A stretch of DNA of 58,458 nt from Burkholderiales bacterium (GCA_049433545.1 JBMTEY010000001.1:1-58458), one strand, 5' to 3'; numbered from the stretch's first letter, positions 38,248 through 50,277 are shown. Numbers and translations are program-made. The notes: a model not told the origin generated them from the letters alone.

Positions 38248-39360
38248 ATGTCTGATCTCTCCAGCGTCACCGCATTCCACGCGGCCGCGTCGCAACTCCC
38301 CGTCCACTGGTACTTTGATCCGCGGATTCATGAAGCCGAACTGCGCCTGTTGTTCGACAAAGGCCCAGGATATGTCGGCCATGAACTGATGGTGCCGAAC
38401 AGCGGCGACTATCACGCGCTGGCGTGGCAGGACAACGCGCAGGCCCTGGTGCGCAACGACCGCGGCGTCGAACTGCTGTCCAACATCTGCCGCCATCGCC
38501 AGGCCGTGATCCTCAAGGGCCGCGGCAATGCAAAGAACATCATCTGCCCGCTGCATCGCTGGACCTACGGGCTCGACGGCAAGCTGCTGGGCGCCCCGCA
38601 TTTTGCCGACAACCCCTGCCTGGACCTGGCACGCACGCCGCTGACCAGCTGGAACGGACTGCTGTTCAGCGGCCAGCGTGACGTTGCCCGCGACCTGGCT
38701 CGCCTCGGCGTGATGAATGACCTCGACTTCTCGGGTTACATGCTCGACCGCGTGGAGATCGACGAATACGCCTGCAACTGGAAAACCTTCATCGAGGTCT
38801 ACCTCGAGGACTACCACGTCGAGCCCTTCCATCCCGGACTGGGACAATTCGTCAACGTGTCCGACCTGCGCTGGGAATTCGGCGACTGGTACAGCGTGCA
38901 GACCTGCGGCCTGAAAAACGCGCTGGCACGCCCCGGCAGCCCGGTCTACCAGCGCTGGCACGAACAGGTCATGCGCTACGGCGAAGGCCGGCAGCCGGCG
39001 CACGGCGCAATCTGGCTGACCTATTTTCCGAACATCATGGTGGAGTGGTACCCGCACGTGCTGGTGGTGAGCACCATCGTGCCGCGCGGCCCCGAGGCAT
39101 GCAGTAACGTTGTCGAGTTTTATTATCCCGAGGACATCGCACTGTTCGAACGCGGGTTCGTCGAAGCCGAGCAGGCGGCGTACCGCGAAACCGCGATCGA
39201 AGACGCCGAGATCATCGCGCGCATGACCGAGGGACGCCGCGCGCTGTGGCGCCAGGGCCGCAGCGAGGCCGGCCCCTACCAGTCACCGCTGGAGGACGGC
39301 ATGGTGCATTTCCACGCATTTTTGCAGCGCGAGATCGGCGCCCGGTTGCCGGCAATTTAA
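38248..39360 (+). CDS. Rieske (2Fe-2S) non-heme-iron oxygenase alpha-subunit-like protein
   Basis: CRHRQAVILKG...ICPLHRWTY (Rieske CxH...CxxH), followed by an SRPBCC-type catalytic domain (EVYLEDYHVEPFHPG). Confidence 0.82.
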   Translation: MSDLSSVTAFHAAASQLPVHWYFDPRIHEAELRLLFDKGPGYVGHELMVPNSGDYHALAWQDNAQALVRNDRGVELLSNICRHRQAVILKGRGNAKNIICPLHRWTYGLDGKLLGAPHFADNPCLDLARTPLTSWNGLLFSGQRDVARDLARLGVMNDLDFSGYMLDRVEIDEYACNWKTFIEVYLEDYHVEPFHPGLGQFVNVSDLRWEFGDWYSVQTCGLKNALARPGSPVYQRWHEQVMRYGEGRQPAHGAIWLTYFPNIMVEWYPHVLVVSTIVPRGPEACSNVVEFYYPEDIALFERGFVEAEQAAYRETAIEDAEIIARMTEGRRALWRQGRSEAGPYQSPLEDGMVHFHAFLQREIGARLPAI

Positions 39361-39388
39361 TTCAATAAATTCAATAACTTACAATCAT

Positions 39389-39422
39389 TCCGCGGCGATC
39401 CCGGGCAACCGCGGATTTTTTT
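39389..39422 (+). terminator. Rho-independent terminator after the Rieske oxygenase gene
   Basis: tccgcgg (39389-39395) pairs with ccgcgga (39409-39415), followed by a run of 7 T. Confidence 0.7.
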
Positions 39423-39491
39423 CGCGCTTGATTTTCGATTGGCGTTTGCTACCTTTGCCCCTCCAACAACCCGGGCGGCGACGCAACTTCA

Positions 39492-40343
39492 ATGACGTAT
39501 ACGACGCTGATCAGCGCAGAAAACACCGCCGCGCATCTTGATGATCCGGACTGGGTCGTCTGCGATTGCCGCCACGATCTGGCAAATTACAGCGCCGGCT
39601 ACAAGGCATACCGCGCAGGGCACATACCGGGCGCGCGTTTCCTGCATCTCGACGTCGACCTCTCGGGTCCCAAGACCGGCCTCAACGGCCGCCATCCTCT
39701 GCCGCATCCCGCCACCTTCTGCCTGCGGCTGGGCGCGCTCGGAATCAGCAACAACACGCAGGTCGTCGCCTACGACGAAACCGGCGGCGTCTATGCCGCG
39801 CGGCTGTGGTGGATGCTGCGCTGGGTCGGGCACAGCCGCGTCGCCGTGCTCGACGGTGGCTGGCAGGCCTGGGTCAAATCGGGGAAACCGGTAACCGTCG
39901 AACAACCGGCCGTCACCGCGACGACGTTCAACGGACGCACGCAGCCGCGCACCGCCGCCGACAGCGCCGAAATACTCACGCACCTGCAGGACCGCAAGGC
40001 GCTGGTGCTGGATGCGCGCGCCAGCGACCGTTACCGCGGCGAAAACGAAACGCTGGATCCGGTGGCCGGCCACATCCCCGGTGCGCTCAACCGTTTTTTC
40101 CGCATGAACCTGGCTGAAGACGGTCGCTTCAAACCCGCCGCAAAACTGAAACAGGAGTTCGGCACCATGCTCAACGGGCATGCGCCGGAAGCCATCATTC
40201 ACCAGTGCGGGTCCGGCGTGACCGCCTGCCACAACCTGCTCGCGATGGAAGTCGCCGGACTGCCCGGCTCGCGACTGTATCCGGGATCGTGGAGTGAATG
40301 GGTCAGCGACCGCCGCCGCCCGGTCGCCACCGGCGCCGCCTGA
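39492..40343 (+). CDS. sseA: 3-mercaptopyruvate sulfurtransferase (tandem rhodanese)
   Basis: Two rhodanese domains. The active-site loop HQCGSGVTACH (CGSGVTA) is typical of 3-MST rather than thiosulfate sulfurtransferase. Confidence 0.85.
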   Translation: MTYTTLISAENTAAHLDDPDWVVCDCRHDLANYSAGYKAYRAGHIPGARFLHLDVDLSGPKTGLNGRHPLPHPATFCLRLGALGISNNTQVVAYDETGGVYAARLWWMLRWVGHSRVAVLDGGWQAWVKSGKPVTVEQPAVTATTFNGRTQPRTAADSAEILTHLQDRKALVLDARASDRYRGENETLDPVAGHIPGALNRFFRMNLAEDGRFKPAAKLKQEFGTMLNGHAPEAIIHQCGSGVTACHNLLAMEVAGLPGSRLYPGSWSEWVSDRRRPVATGAA

Positions 40344-40368
40344 TCTTCGTGTAACTGCGCCGCGAGCC

Positions 40369-40749
40369 ATGCTGCTGCTCGCCGACCTGATCCTGGTCGT
40401 CCATTTCCTGTTCGTGCTGTTTGTCGTCGCCAGCCTGCCGCTGGTATGGGCGGGCGCGCTGGCCGGCTGGCGCTGGGTGCGCCATCGCGGATTCCGCTTC
40501 GCGCATCTTGCGGCCATCCTGTTTGTCACTGCCGAATCGCTGGCCGGGGTATGGTGCCCGCTGACGCTGTGGGAAGACGCACTGCGCGGAACCGTGCAGG
40601 AAAAAAGTTTTGTCGCGCGCTGGATCCACGCGCTGCTGTATTACGACCTGCCGCCGGCGGTGTTCACCGTCGCCTATCTGCTGTTCGCGGCACTGGTGGC
40701 ACTGACCTGGTGGCGAATCCCGCCGCAGCGGGGGCGCCGGGCACAATGA
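40369..40749 (+). CDS. DUF2784-domain membrane protein
   Basis: MLLLADLILVVHFLFVLFVVASLPLV...SLAGVWCPLTLWEDALRG resembles DUF2784. ATG at 40369. Confidence 0.65.
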   Translation: MLLLADLILVVHFLFVLFVVASLPLVWAGALAGWRWVRHRGFRFAHLAAILFVTAESLAGVWCPLTLWEDALRGTVQEKSFVARWIHALLYYDLPPAVFTVAYLLFAALVALTWWRIPPQRGRRAQ

Positions 40750-40793
40750 AAAAAGGGGCGCTACGCGCCCCTTTTTCGCCCGCATACCGCCGG

Positions 40794-42065
40794 TCAGACC
40801 AGGGCGTCTGCCCATATGTTGCGCGCCCAGCCCCAGGCATATTCGGCTTCGGAGCCACTCGCCGCCTTGGAGACGCCGCCCGAGCCCTTGACCGGCGCGA
40901 TGGTCTTCTGCGACGCATTGTAGCGGTGCACCGACGCCACGTGCATGGCGCTACTGCCGCTGACGAAGCTGTAGCAGGTGTTCATCATCATCGGATCGCT
41001 GTTGACCGGCTGGCCTTTCAGCAAGGCGACGACCGCGGCCGCGCACACCTTGGCCTGCTGGTTGGCCATGCTGCCCGACTTCGGCATGCCCGGCGCGGAC
41101 AGCGTGCTGTCGCCGAGCACATGCACGCCTTTTACCGCGGTCGATTCGCAGGTCATCCAGTCGACGCCGCACCAGCGGTTGTTGGCGGTAATCAGCCCGG
41201 TCTTGACCGCGATGTCTCCGGCGCGCTGCGCCGGCACCACATTCAGCACATCAGCCTTGACATTGTCGAACTGCAGCTTCAGCACCTTGCCCCTGACGTC
41301 GACATCGAGAATCTCGTTCCTGGGCAGGTAATCGATCAACCCCTTGTACATGCTGTTCCATGCCGCCAGGAACAGACCCTTCTTCGACACGATATCCGGG
41401 TTCGAGTCGAGCACAAGAATTTTCGAGCGCGGTTTGGACTTTTTGAAGTAGTCGGCAATCTGGCATACGCGTTCGTATGGTCCCGGCGGACAGCGGTACG
41501 GCCCCGGCGGAATGTGCAGCGCGTAGACTCCGCCGTCGCGCATGGCTTCCAGTTGCTTGCGCAGGATCACGGTCTGCTCTCCCGCTTTCCACGCATGCGG
41601 CACCTGCCGCTGTGCTTCGGGGTTGTTGAGTCCTGGGATCCGCTCGGTCATGAAGGCGATGCCGGGGGACACGATCACGCGCTCGTAGCCCAGAGTGTCG
41701 CCGCCGGCGAGACGCACGGTACGTTTTGCTGCATCGATGCCGGTCACGGTATCGCGAATTACCCGCACCCCGCGCTGCCGCAGTCCATCGTAGGTGAACG
41801 TGATGTCGTTCATACGGGCGTTGCCGCCGATCACAAGGTTGCTGATCGGACACGAGATGAAGTGCTCGTTGGGCTCCACCAGGGTGACGTCGATTTCCGG
41901 CGCCCACATTTTCACGTACTTGGCCACGGTGGCGCCGCCGTAACCGCCGCCCACCACCACCACGCGTGCCGAGCCGGCACTGCCGCCGGTTGCACAACCC
42001 GCCACTGCGCCGATGCCGGCGGTTGCTGCGGTCCACTTGACGAATTCGCGTCTGGATATGGTCAT
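40794..42065 (-). CDS. fccB: Flavocytochrome c sulfide dehydrogenase, flavoprotein subunit
   Basis: Tat signal MTISRREFVKWTAATAGIGAVAG. FAD motif VVVVGGGYGGATVAKY. The CPISN and YRCPPGPYER motifs are typical of FccB/SoxF. Confidence 0.88.
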   Translation of the reverse strand: MTISRREFVKWTAATAGIGAVAGCATGGSAGSARVVVVGGGYGGATVAKYVKMWAPEIDVTLVEPNEHFISCPISNLVIGGNARMNDITFTYDGLRQRGVRVIRDTVTGIDAAKRTVRLAGGDTLGYERVIVSPGIAFMTERIPGLNNPEAQRQVPHAWKAGEQTVILRKQLEAMRDGGVYALHIPPGPYRCPPGPYERVCQIADYFKKSKPRSKILVLDSNPDIVSKKGLFLAAWNSMYKGLIDYLPRNEILDVDVRGKVLKLQFDNVKADVLNVVPAQRAGDIAVKTGLITANNRWCGVDWMTCESTAVKGVHVLGDSTLSAPGMPKSGSMANQQAKVCAAAVVALLKGQPVNSDPMMMNTCYSFVSGSSAMHVASVHRYNASQKTIAPVKGSGGVSKAASGSEAEYAWGWARNIWADALV

Positions 42066-42075
42066 GACATTCTCC

Positions 42076-42417
42076 TCAGCGTGCCGCCGGCGCCGGCGCG
42101 GCCCGGCCCGGGGTGACCGCGGCAAAATAACCGGCAATCAGTGAAAGTTGCGCGTCGGTATAGCCCTTGGCGTGCTGGTGCATGATGGTCGCCGGGCGTT
42201 TGCCGTCGCGGAATTCCTGCAATTGTTTCAACAGGTAGTCACGGTTCTGGCCGGCCAGGCTGGGCGGGACGCCGTTGACGCTGCGCCCGTCGGTGCCGTG
42301 GCAGGTGAAGCAGGTTGCTGCCAGGTTGCGTGCGTAATTGGCATCTGCAGCCGACGCGGACTGCCACGCACTGCCGCCGACCAGGACGATGGCCAGCAGC
42401 GTTCGGACTTTGTTCAT
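42076..42417 (-). CDS. fccA: Monoheme cytochrome c subunit of flavocytochrome c
   Basis: Signal peptide MNKVRTLLAIVLVGGSAWQSASA and a single heme site CFTCH. It lies immediately upstream of fccB. Confidence 0.8.
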   Translation of the reverse strand: MNKVRTLLAIVLVGGSAWQSASAADANYARNLAATCFTCHGTDGRSVNGVPPSLAGQNRDYLLKQLQEFRDGKRPATIMHQHAKGYTDAQLSLIAGYFAAVTPGRAAPAPAAR

Positions 42418-42552
42418 GTGCTCCTCCATGAAAAACGAAACGGAAAACCAAGTGCGCCTTGCCGAATCTGTATCATGCATTTTTTTATGGATACAGTTTC
42501 CGGCGATTTCCGGAGACTGTCAACGGAAAATAGAACCGGAAAGCAGGAAACG

Positions 42553-42573
42553 CGGCAGGCATTGCGCCTGCCG
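42553..42573 (-). terminator. Hairpin terminator candidate after clpA
   Basis: cggcaggc / gcctgccg form an 8-bp stem with a 5-nt loop, starting 4 nt after the clpA stop. A moderately U-rich tract follows on the minus strand. Confidence 0.5.
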
Positions 42574-42577
42574 TGCG

Positions 42578-44839
<2,262 letters not shown>

Positions 44840-44867
44840 GGGTGTCCGATCATGGGCAAGTGTGACT

Positions 44868-45176
44868 TCAATTCTCTTCCATTACGCACTGTAACGGATG
44901 TTGGTGCTGCTTGGCGTACGACTTTACCTGCTCGACCTTGGTCGCCGCAACATCCCTGGGAAACACGCCGCACACGCCCATGCCCTCGCGGTGCACTTTC
45001 AGCATGACCTGGGTGGCGCGTTCGCGGCTCAAGGCAAAAAACCGCTGGAGCACCCCGACGACGAAATCCATCGGGGTGTAGTCGTCGTTGAGCAGCAGCA
45101 CCTTGAACATCGGGGGCGGCTTGGTCTTGGTACGCTTCGCCTCAAGGACGGTGTCTTCACGCTGCCTGTTCGCCAT
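44868..45176 (-). CDS. clpS: ClpS adaptor protein
   Basis: [27 protein letters not shown]...[19 protein letters not shown]. Confidence 0.93.
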   Translation of the reverse strand: MANRQREDTVLEAKRTKTKPPPMFKVLLLNDDYTPMDFVVGVLQRFFALSRERATQVMLKVHREGMGVCGVFPRDVAATKVEQVKSYAKQHQHPLQCVMEEN

Positions 45177-45446
45177 GCTGTTGACTGTTCGAAATACGCC
45201 CTTCCGGAAAGAGGGTCCCGCGAACCTATTGTCTCCGGAATGGGGAAATTTTCAAGTGGCGGAATTAATGGGATAAAACCGCCTGTTTTGCGGTTTGCCG
45301 CCACCGCTTGACTTTCGCCGGCAAATACCCTAGAAAGCAGTCGGGTGTTGGGGTTCAGGCTTTATCGCAAGACCAGTTTGGCCAATGCGATCCTTGGAAC
45401 TCGAACAAATCGCGGAGCCCATCCGCTTTTCTATCAAGGCAGGCAT

Positions 45447-45650
45447 ATGGCAACTGGTACTGTGAAATGGTTCAATGACTCCAAGGGTTACGGGTTCATC
45501 ACCCCGGACGACGGCAGCGAAGATCTTTTCGCGCACTTCTCCGCGATCCAGATGAATGGCTTCAAGACACTGAAAGAAGGCCAGAAAGTGTCTTTCGAAG
45601 TCACCCAGGGCCCGAAGGGCAAGCAAGCCTCTAACATCCAAGCAGCCTGA
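45447..45650 (+). CDS. cspA: Cold-shock protein (CspA family)
   Basis: [34 protein letters not shown] (RNP1/RNP2 motifs). 67 aa. Confidence 0.94.
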   Translation: MATGTVKWFNDSKGYGFITPDDGSEDLFAHFSAIQMNGFKTLKEGQKVSFEVTQGPKGKQASNIQAA

Positions 45651-45700
45651 AGCTGTGAATTCCGCCGCCGGCAGCGATGCCGGTGGCCCTGCGCCAGACA

Positions 45701-45736
45701 AAGCCCGCGGACCATCATGGTCCTGCGGGCTTTTTT
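45701..45736 (+). terminator. Rho-independent terminator after cspA
   Basis: aagcccgcggacc-atcat-ggtcctgcgggctt is a nested hairpin followed by TTTTTT. Confidence 0.75.
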
Positions 45737-45927
45737 CTGCCGTCCGCCCGCCGGGGCTCCGTTTATGCCATAGACAATAAATGCGATAATCGCCCGACGG
45801 ACCAGCATGGGAAGAGCGCGGACGACGCAAGTGCCGATCCTGCTCGTGGAACGCCCCGGGACGCCCTACAGATCGCCGGAACCGGCCGATCACTTAACCG
45901 ACAAAAATCCGAACGGAGAATTTAGCA

Positions 45928-47304
45928 ATGAGTGGAAAACTGGACCTGCTGAAAATCGCGCAGGAAGAAGCAAACGGCGACCTGTTCAAGTACCTGGACG
46001 GCGTTTTCAAACGTTCCAAGACCCAGCCGCGCGGCATCAGCGACGCCATCATCTGGGAAGGCGGCAACTTCACCGGCGGCGTAAACCCGGTTGCCCACGC
46101 GCTCACCGACACCTTTGCGTTGAACGGCACCATCATGGCGCTCGATGTGCTCGGCCTGCCCTTCCTCGGCGTGCCGATGATGGCCCAGTTCCGCCACGAC
46201 TCGAAGCTGAAGTCGCTGGAGTGGTTCGGCAAGATGGATTACACCTGCCTGAAGTGGTCCACCGCGGGTGACTTCATGGTCAATGACGGCGGCAAGAAGG
46301 TGGTCGTCGCCGGCAAGTCAGCCAACGCTCCGCTGCGCACCGCCGCCGGCGTCTACTGCAACGTCCGCCCCTATGGCTCGATCACCAACGTTCGATTCAT
46401 GCCCGGCCTGCCGTATTCGCAGGACAACAAGAAATTCGTCGTCGAAAAAGCCACCGGCAACATCCACTCCGAAATGAACACCCCCGGCGTGCGCATGGCC
46501 TACGCCGCGCGCCTGTTCCTGAAGCTGGTCAATGACCGGGGCTGCATCGGCCGCGTCGCCACCAAGCCGACCCAGGCCAAGGAAGACGCGGTGAACGCGG
46601 GCCTCTTCCGCTGGCTGCTCCAGGGTACCAAGTTCAAGCTGAAGCGCCAGTACGCGGTCGACGCCTACGAAGAGCACAAGGACAACGTCCACGCCATCGT
46701 CGCCCTGCTGCCGAAAGACTTCAAGGCCGGCATGGAAAACTGGGGCGGCGACATTTATGAACACATCTCCGACACCAACTTCGGCCTGCTGCTGCACGAC
46801 ATGTGCGAACAGCGCGAGTGCATCGTCTACTCGACTGACCTCGACGGCGACCGCCTGACCGACCTGATGGCCGACGCGCCGGACGTGCTGCGCAAGTGGG
46901 GACAGATGGTGCTCGACCACGCCAAGACCGGCAAAAAAATGGCCGACGTGTGGAAAGAGATGGGCTTCACCATGACCAACGGCAAGGACATGACCAGCGT
47001 CATGTACCGCATGGAAGGCGCGCCGATCTACGAACAGACCCTCGGCTCCGCCGACGCGATGCTGCAGCGCCTGCTCAACGGCGACGAAACTGTCGGCGGC
47101 ACCAAGGACCCGTACGATCCGCGCATCCACTTCGTGCTGATCAACGAGGCCTACAAAGCCGCGAACCCCGGCAACAAGGAACTCGCCGCGTGGCTCGATG
47201 CCCAGCTCGCGACCTTCGACAAGATCTACGCCGGCAAGCGCCCGCGCTACCTCGACGGCTACAACAAGCTGAAAGAAACCATCAAGCCCTGGGGTAGCAA
47301 GTAA
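45928..47304 (+). CDS. Hypothetical soluble protein, 458 aa, no family recognised
   Basis: Clean ORF with a GGAGAA RBS 8 nt upstream and strongly G/C-ending codon choice like the neighbouring genes. I see no signal peptide, TM segment, P-loop, Rossmann or Cys-cluster motif. It has its own terminator. Confidence 0.8.
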   Translation: MSGKLDLLKIAQEEANGDLFKYLDGVFKRSKTQPRGISDAIIWEGGNFTGGVNPVAHALTDTFALNGTIMALDVLGLPFLGVPMMAQFRHDSKLKSLEWFGKMDYTCLKWSTAGDFMVNDGGKKVVVAGKSANAPLRTAAGVYCNVRPYGSITNVRFMPGLPYSQDNKKFVVEKATGNIHSEMNTPGVRMAYAARLFLKLVNDRGCIGRVATKPTQAKEDAVNAGLFRWLLQGTKFKLKRQYAVDAYEEHKDNVHAIVALLPKDFKAGMENWGGDIYEHISDTNFGLLLHDMCEQRECIVYSTDLDGDRLTDLMADAPDVLRKWGQMVLDHAKTGKKMADVWKEMGFTMTNGKDMTSVMYRMEGAPIYEQTLGSADAMLQRLLNGDETVGGTKDPYDPRIHFVLINEAYKAANPGNKELAAWLDAQLATFDKIYAGKRPRYLDGYNKLKETIKPWGSK

Positions 47305-47334
47305 GCCTTCGCCTGGCGCCCCTTGCGGCGCAGG

Positions 47335-47370
47335 AAATGACAACGCCCGCTGCTGCGGGCGTTGTCATTT
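47335..47370 (+). terminator. Strong hairpin terminator after the 458-aa gene
   Basis: Perfect 16-bp stem aaatgacaacgcccgc / gcgggcgttgtcattt with a 4-nt loop. A second, weaker hairpin lies just upstream at about 47309-47334. Confidence 0.7.
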
Positions 47371-47500
47371 GCAGGCCTGATTCCGCTGATCGCGTCATTC
47401 TCGCCGCCTGCATATGGCACTTTTATTCCGCATTGCGGGATAAGAGCAAACCTCCTTCAAGGTGTAATTTCAGGACGTGAAATCCGAAAAATTACAAATA

Positions 47501-47528
47501 TTGGACATTTCGTCATAGTATGTATAAT
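47501..47528 (+). promoter_or_regulatory. Near-consensus sigma70 promoter upstream of aceB
   Basis: TTGGAC (47501-47506), a 16-nt spacer, then TATAAT (47523-47528), inside a markedly AT-rich 230-nt intergenic region. Confidence 0.5.
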
Positions 47529-47604
47529 GCATTGCAGCAACGACTATGATATTAATTTTTGCTATACGAAATAATAATTTCCTAATCGCCTCCAGGAGCC
47601 GCTC

Positions 47605-49236
47605 ATGACCGCCCTGAAATTACCCGAAGGCATCGAAATACTCGGCCCGATGCCCGCCCCTTTCGGTGAAATCCTCACCCCGCAAGCCCTCGCCTTCGTC
47701 GCCAAGCTGTCGCGCAAGTTTGAAGCGCGCCGGCTCGGGCTGCTGAAAATGCGCGCGCAGCGCCAGGGGGCGTTCGATGGCGGACAGCTTCCGGATTTCC
47801 TGCCCGCCACGCAGTCGCTGCGCGAATCGGCATGGACCATCGGCAGGGTGCCCGCGGATCTGCAGGACCGGCGTGTCGAAATCACCGGGCCGACCGACCG
47901 CAAGATGGTGATCAACGCGCTGAACTGCGGCGCCAACGTGTTCATGGCTGACTTCGAGGATTCGAACGCACCGACCTGGAGCAACATGATTGAAGGACAG
48001 GTCAATCTCCGCAATGCTGTCCGCCGCACCATCACCTTCGACAGCCCGGAAGGCAAGCGTTACCAGCTCAACGAAAAGATCGCCACACTGCTGGTTCGGC
48101 CCCGCGGCTGGCACCTGCCCGAAAACCACATGCTAGTCGACGGTGCGCCGGTCTCCGGCGCGATCTTCGACTTTGCGCTGTATGTATTCCACAACGCCAA
48201 GGAACTGCTCGCGCGGGATACCGGACCTTATTTCTACCTGCCGAAAATGGAAAGCCACCTCGAAGCCCGGCTGTGGAACGACATCTTCGTTATGGCCCAG
48301 CGCGAGATCGGCCTGCCGCAGGGCACGATCAAGGCCACGGTGCTGATCGAGACCGTGCTCGCCGCGTTTGAAATGGACGAAATCCTCTTCGAGCTGCGCG
48401 AACACTGCGTGGGCCTCAACATCGGTCGCTGGGATTACATCTTCAGCTGCATCAAGAAATTCCGCTCGAACAGGGATTTCTGCCTTGCCGACCGCAGCCA
48501 GGTCACGATGACCGCACCGTTCATGCGCGCCTACGCGCTGCTGCTGATCCAGACCTGCCACAAACGCAAAGCCTTCGCGATGGGCGGCATGGCGGCGCAG
48601 ATACCGATCAAGGGCGACCCGGCCGCGAACGAGGCCGCGCTCGCCAAGGTCCGCGCCGACAAGGAACGGGAAGCCACCGACGGCTGCGACGGCACCTGGG
48701 TTGCGCACCCGGGCCTGGTCGGCATCGCCAGGGAAGTGTTCGACAAGCACATGCCCGGCCCCAACCAGGTCAGCCGCCAGCGTCCTGATGTCAAGGTCAC
48801 CGCCAGCGACCTGCTGGATTTCAAACCTGAAGCGCCGATCACCGAAGCCGGCCTGCGCAACAACATCAGTGTCGGCATCCAGTACATCGGCGCCTGGCTG
48901 GCCGGCAACGGCTGCGTGCCGGTCTACAACCTGATGGAAGACGCCGCGACCGCGGAAATCTCGCGCTCCCAGATCTGGCAGTGGATGCGCAGCCCCAAGG
49001 GCGTGCTCGACGACGGCCGCAAGGTCACCCGCGACATGTTCCGCAAGATGCTGCCGGAAGAACTCGCACGCGTGCGCAGTGAACTCGGCGAAACGGCATG
49101 GAAAGCCGGGCAGTACGAGCAGGCGGCTAAACTGTTCGAACAGATCACTGCCAGCGACGACTACGTCGAATTCCTGACCCTGCCGGGTTATGAATGGCTG
49201 ACACGCGACCTGGAAACCGCTTCCGCTGACGCATAG
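47605..49236 (+). CDS. aceB: Malate synthase A
   Basis: [36 protein letters not shown]...[20 protein letters not shown]...[12 protein letters not shown]. 543 aa. Confidence 0.93.
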   Translation: MTALKLPEGIEILGPMPAPFGEILTPQALAFVAKLSRKFEARRLGLLKMRAQRQGAFDGGQLPDFLPATQSLRESAWTIGRVPADLQDRRVEITGPTDRKMVINALNCGANVFMADFEDSNAPTWSNMIEGQVNLRNAVRRTITFDSPEGKRYQLNEKIATLLVRPRGWHLPENHMLVDGAPVSGAIFDFALYVFHNAKELLARDTGPYFYLPKMESHLEARLWNDIFVMAQREIGLPQGTIKATVLIETVLAAFEMDEILFELREHCVGLNIGRWDYIFSCIKKFRSNRDFCLADRSQVTMTAPFMRAYALLLIQTCHKRKAFAMGGMAAQIPIKGDPAANEAALAKVRADKEREATDGCDGTWVAHPGLVGIAREVFDKHMPGPNQVSRQRPDVKVTASDLLDFKPEAPITEAGLRNNISVGIQYIGAWLAGNGCVPVYNLMEDAATAEISRSQIWQWMRSPKGVLDDGRKVTRDMFRKMLPEELARVRSELGETAWKAGQYEQAAKLFEQITASDDYVEFLTLPGYEWLTRDLETASADA

Positions 49237-49256
49237 CTGCATCTTGCCCCATTACG

Positions 49257-49282
49257 ACCCCCGCAGCGCCGGGGGTTTTTTT
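49257..49282 (+). terminator. Rho-independent terminator after aceB
   Basis: acccccg-cagcgc-cgggggt hairpin followed by TTTTTTT. Confidence 0.7.
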
Positions 49283-49299
49283 CGTACTACACTGACGCC

Positions 49300-49851
49300 A
49301 TGAGCACGGTCATCCTGTTCAACAAACCCCATGGCGTGATCTGCCAGTTCAGCCCCTCGCCGCCGCATGCGACGCTGAAGGATTTCATTGATATTCCCGG
49401 CGTATATCCTGCCGGACGCCTGGACACCGACAGCGAAGGCCTGGTCGCGCTGACCGCGGACGGCGCCCTGCAGCACCACATCACAGACCCGCAGCACAAA
49501 CTCCCCAAAACCTACTATGTACAGGTGGAAGGCGTCCCGGGCGCCGCCGCCCTCGCTCCGTTGCGCACCGGCATCCAGTTAAGCGACTACCGGACACGGC
49601 CGGCGGAAGTCGAATCCGTGGACGAACCGGACTGGCTGTGGCCGCGCGTGCCGCCGATCCGGGCGCGCAAGGCGATACCGACAGCATGGCTGCGCATCGT
49701 CCTGCGCGAAGGCCGCAACCGCCAGGTGCGGCGCATGACGGCAGCCGCCGGCTTCCCGACATTGCGGCTGATCCGTTATGCCATCGGTCCGTGGACACTG
49801 GCGGGAATCGAACCGGGGCGCTGGATCACGTCGAAAGTCAATTTTGAATGA
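49300..49851 (+). CDS. rluE: rRNA pseudouridine synthase, RsuA/RluE family
   Basis: [13 protein letters not shown]...[20 protein letters not shown] (catalytic Asp motif) and ...[12 protein letters not shown]. Confidence 0.85.
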   Translation: MSTVILFNKPHGVICQFSPSPPHATLKDFIDIPGVYPAGRLDTDSEGLVALTADGALQHHITDPQHKLPKTYYVQVEGVPGAAALAPLRTGIQLSDYRTRPAEVESVDEPDWLWPRVPPIRARKAIPTAWLRIVLREGRNRQVRRMTAAAGFPTLRLIRYAIGPWTLAGIEPGRWITSKVNFE

Positions 49852-50014
49852 CAAACTCCATGCAACTGGCGGCTTATCGATCCGTACAATGTCTGCAGCG
49901 CCGATATTTTTCATGCCTGTCAACCGCCGGTCACTATTGCCGTTACTCGTGCCTGACCGGGAATCCCGGTCGCCGGCCGCAAGGCCCGGTTGATCAACCA
50001 CTAATGAGGAAATC

Positions 50015-50167
50015 ATGAACAAACTGTTTGCCGCCATTATCGCCGCCGTGTTCGCCACCGTTTCTGTCGCCCCGGCGTTCGCCGCTGAGAAAAAGGAAGA
50101 AAAGAAGGAAATGAAGAAAGAAGCCAAGAAAGGCGAGAAAAAAGCCAAGAAAGACGACAAGAAGTAA
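50015..50167 (+). CDS. Small secreted Lys/Glu-rich low-complexity protein (50 aa)
   Basis: Below the ORF-track size cutoff. GAGGA RBS. MNKLFAAIIAAVFATVSVAPAFA is a signal peptide, followed by AEKKEEKKEMKKEAKKGEKKAKKDDKK. A terminator follows. Confidence 0.65.
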   Translation: MNKLFAAIIAAVFATVSVAPAFAAEKKEEKKEMKKEAKKGEKKAKKDDKK

Positions 50168-50184
50168 GCTTCTTGCAGTCGGAA

Positions 50185-50215
50185 AAGGCAGGGCGCAATG
50201 CCCTGCCTTTTTTTG
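50185..50215 (+). terminator. Rho-independent terminator after the small Lys-rich gene
   Basis: aaggcagggc-gcaat-gccctgcctt followed by TTTTT. Confidence 0.8.
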
Positions 50216-50277
50216 TTCCTCCCGGCCGTGCGGCCCGCATGAAAAACCCCGGGAAACGCCGGTAGTAAAATACCGCC

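Noticed and set aside
40446-42116. 556-aa plus-strand ORF
   Set aside because: It is antisense to fccB, which has a Tat signal and FAD motifs. This is a shadow frame.
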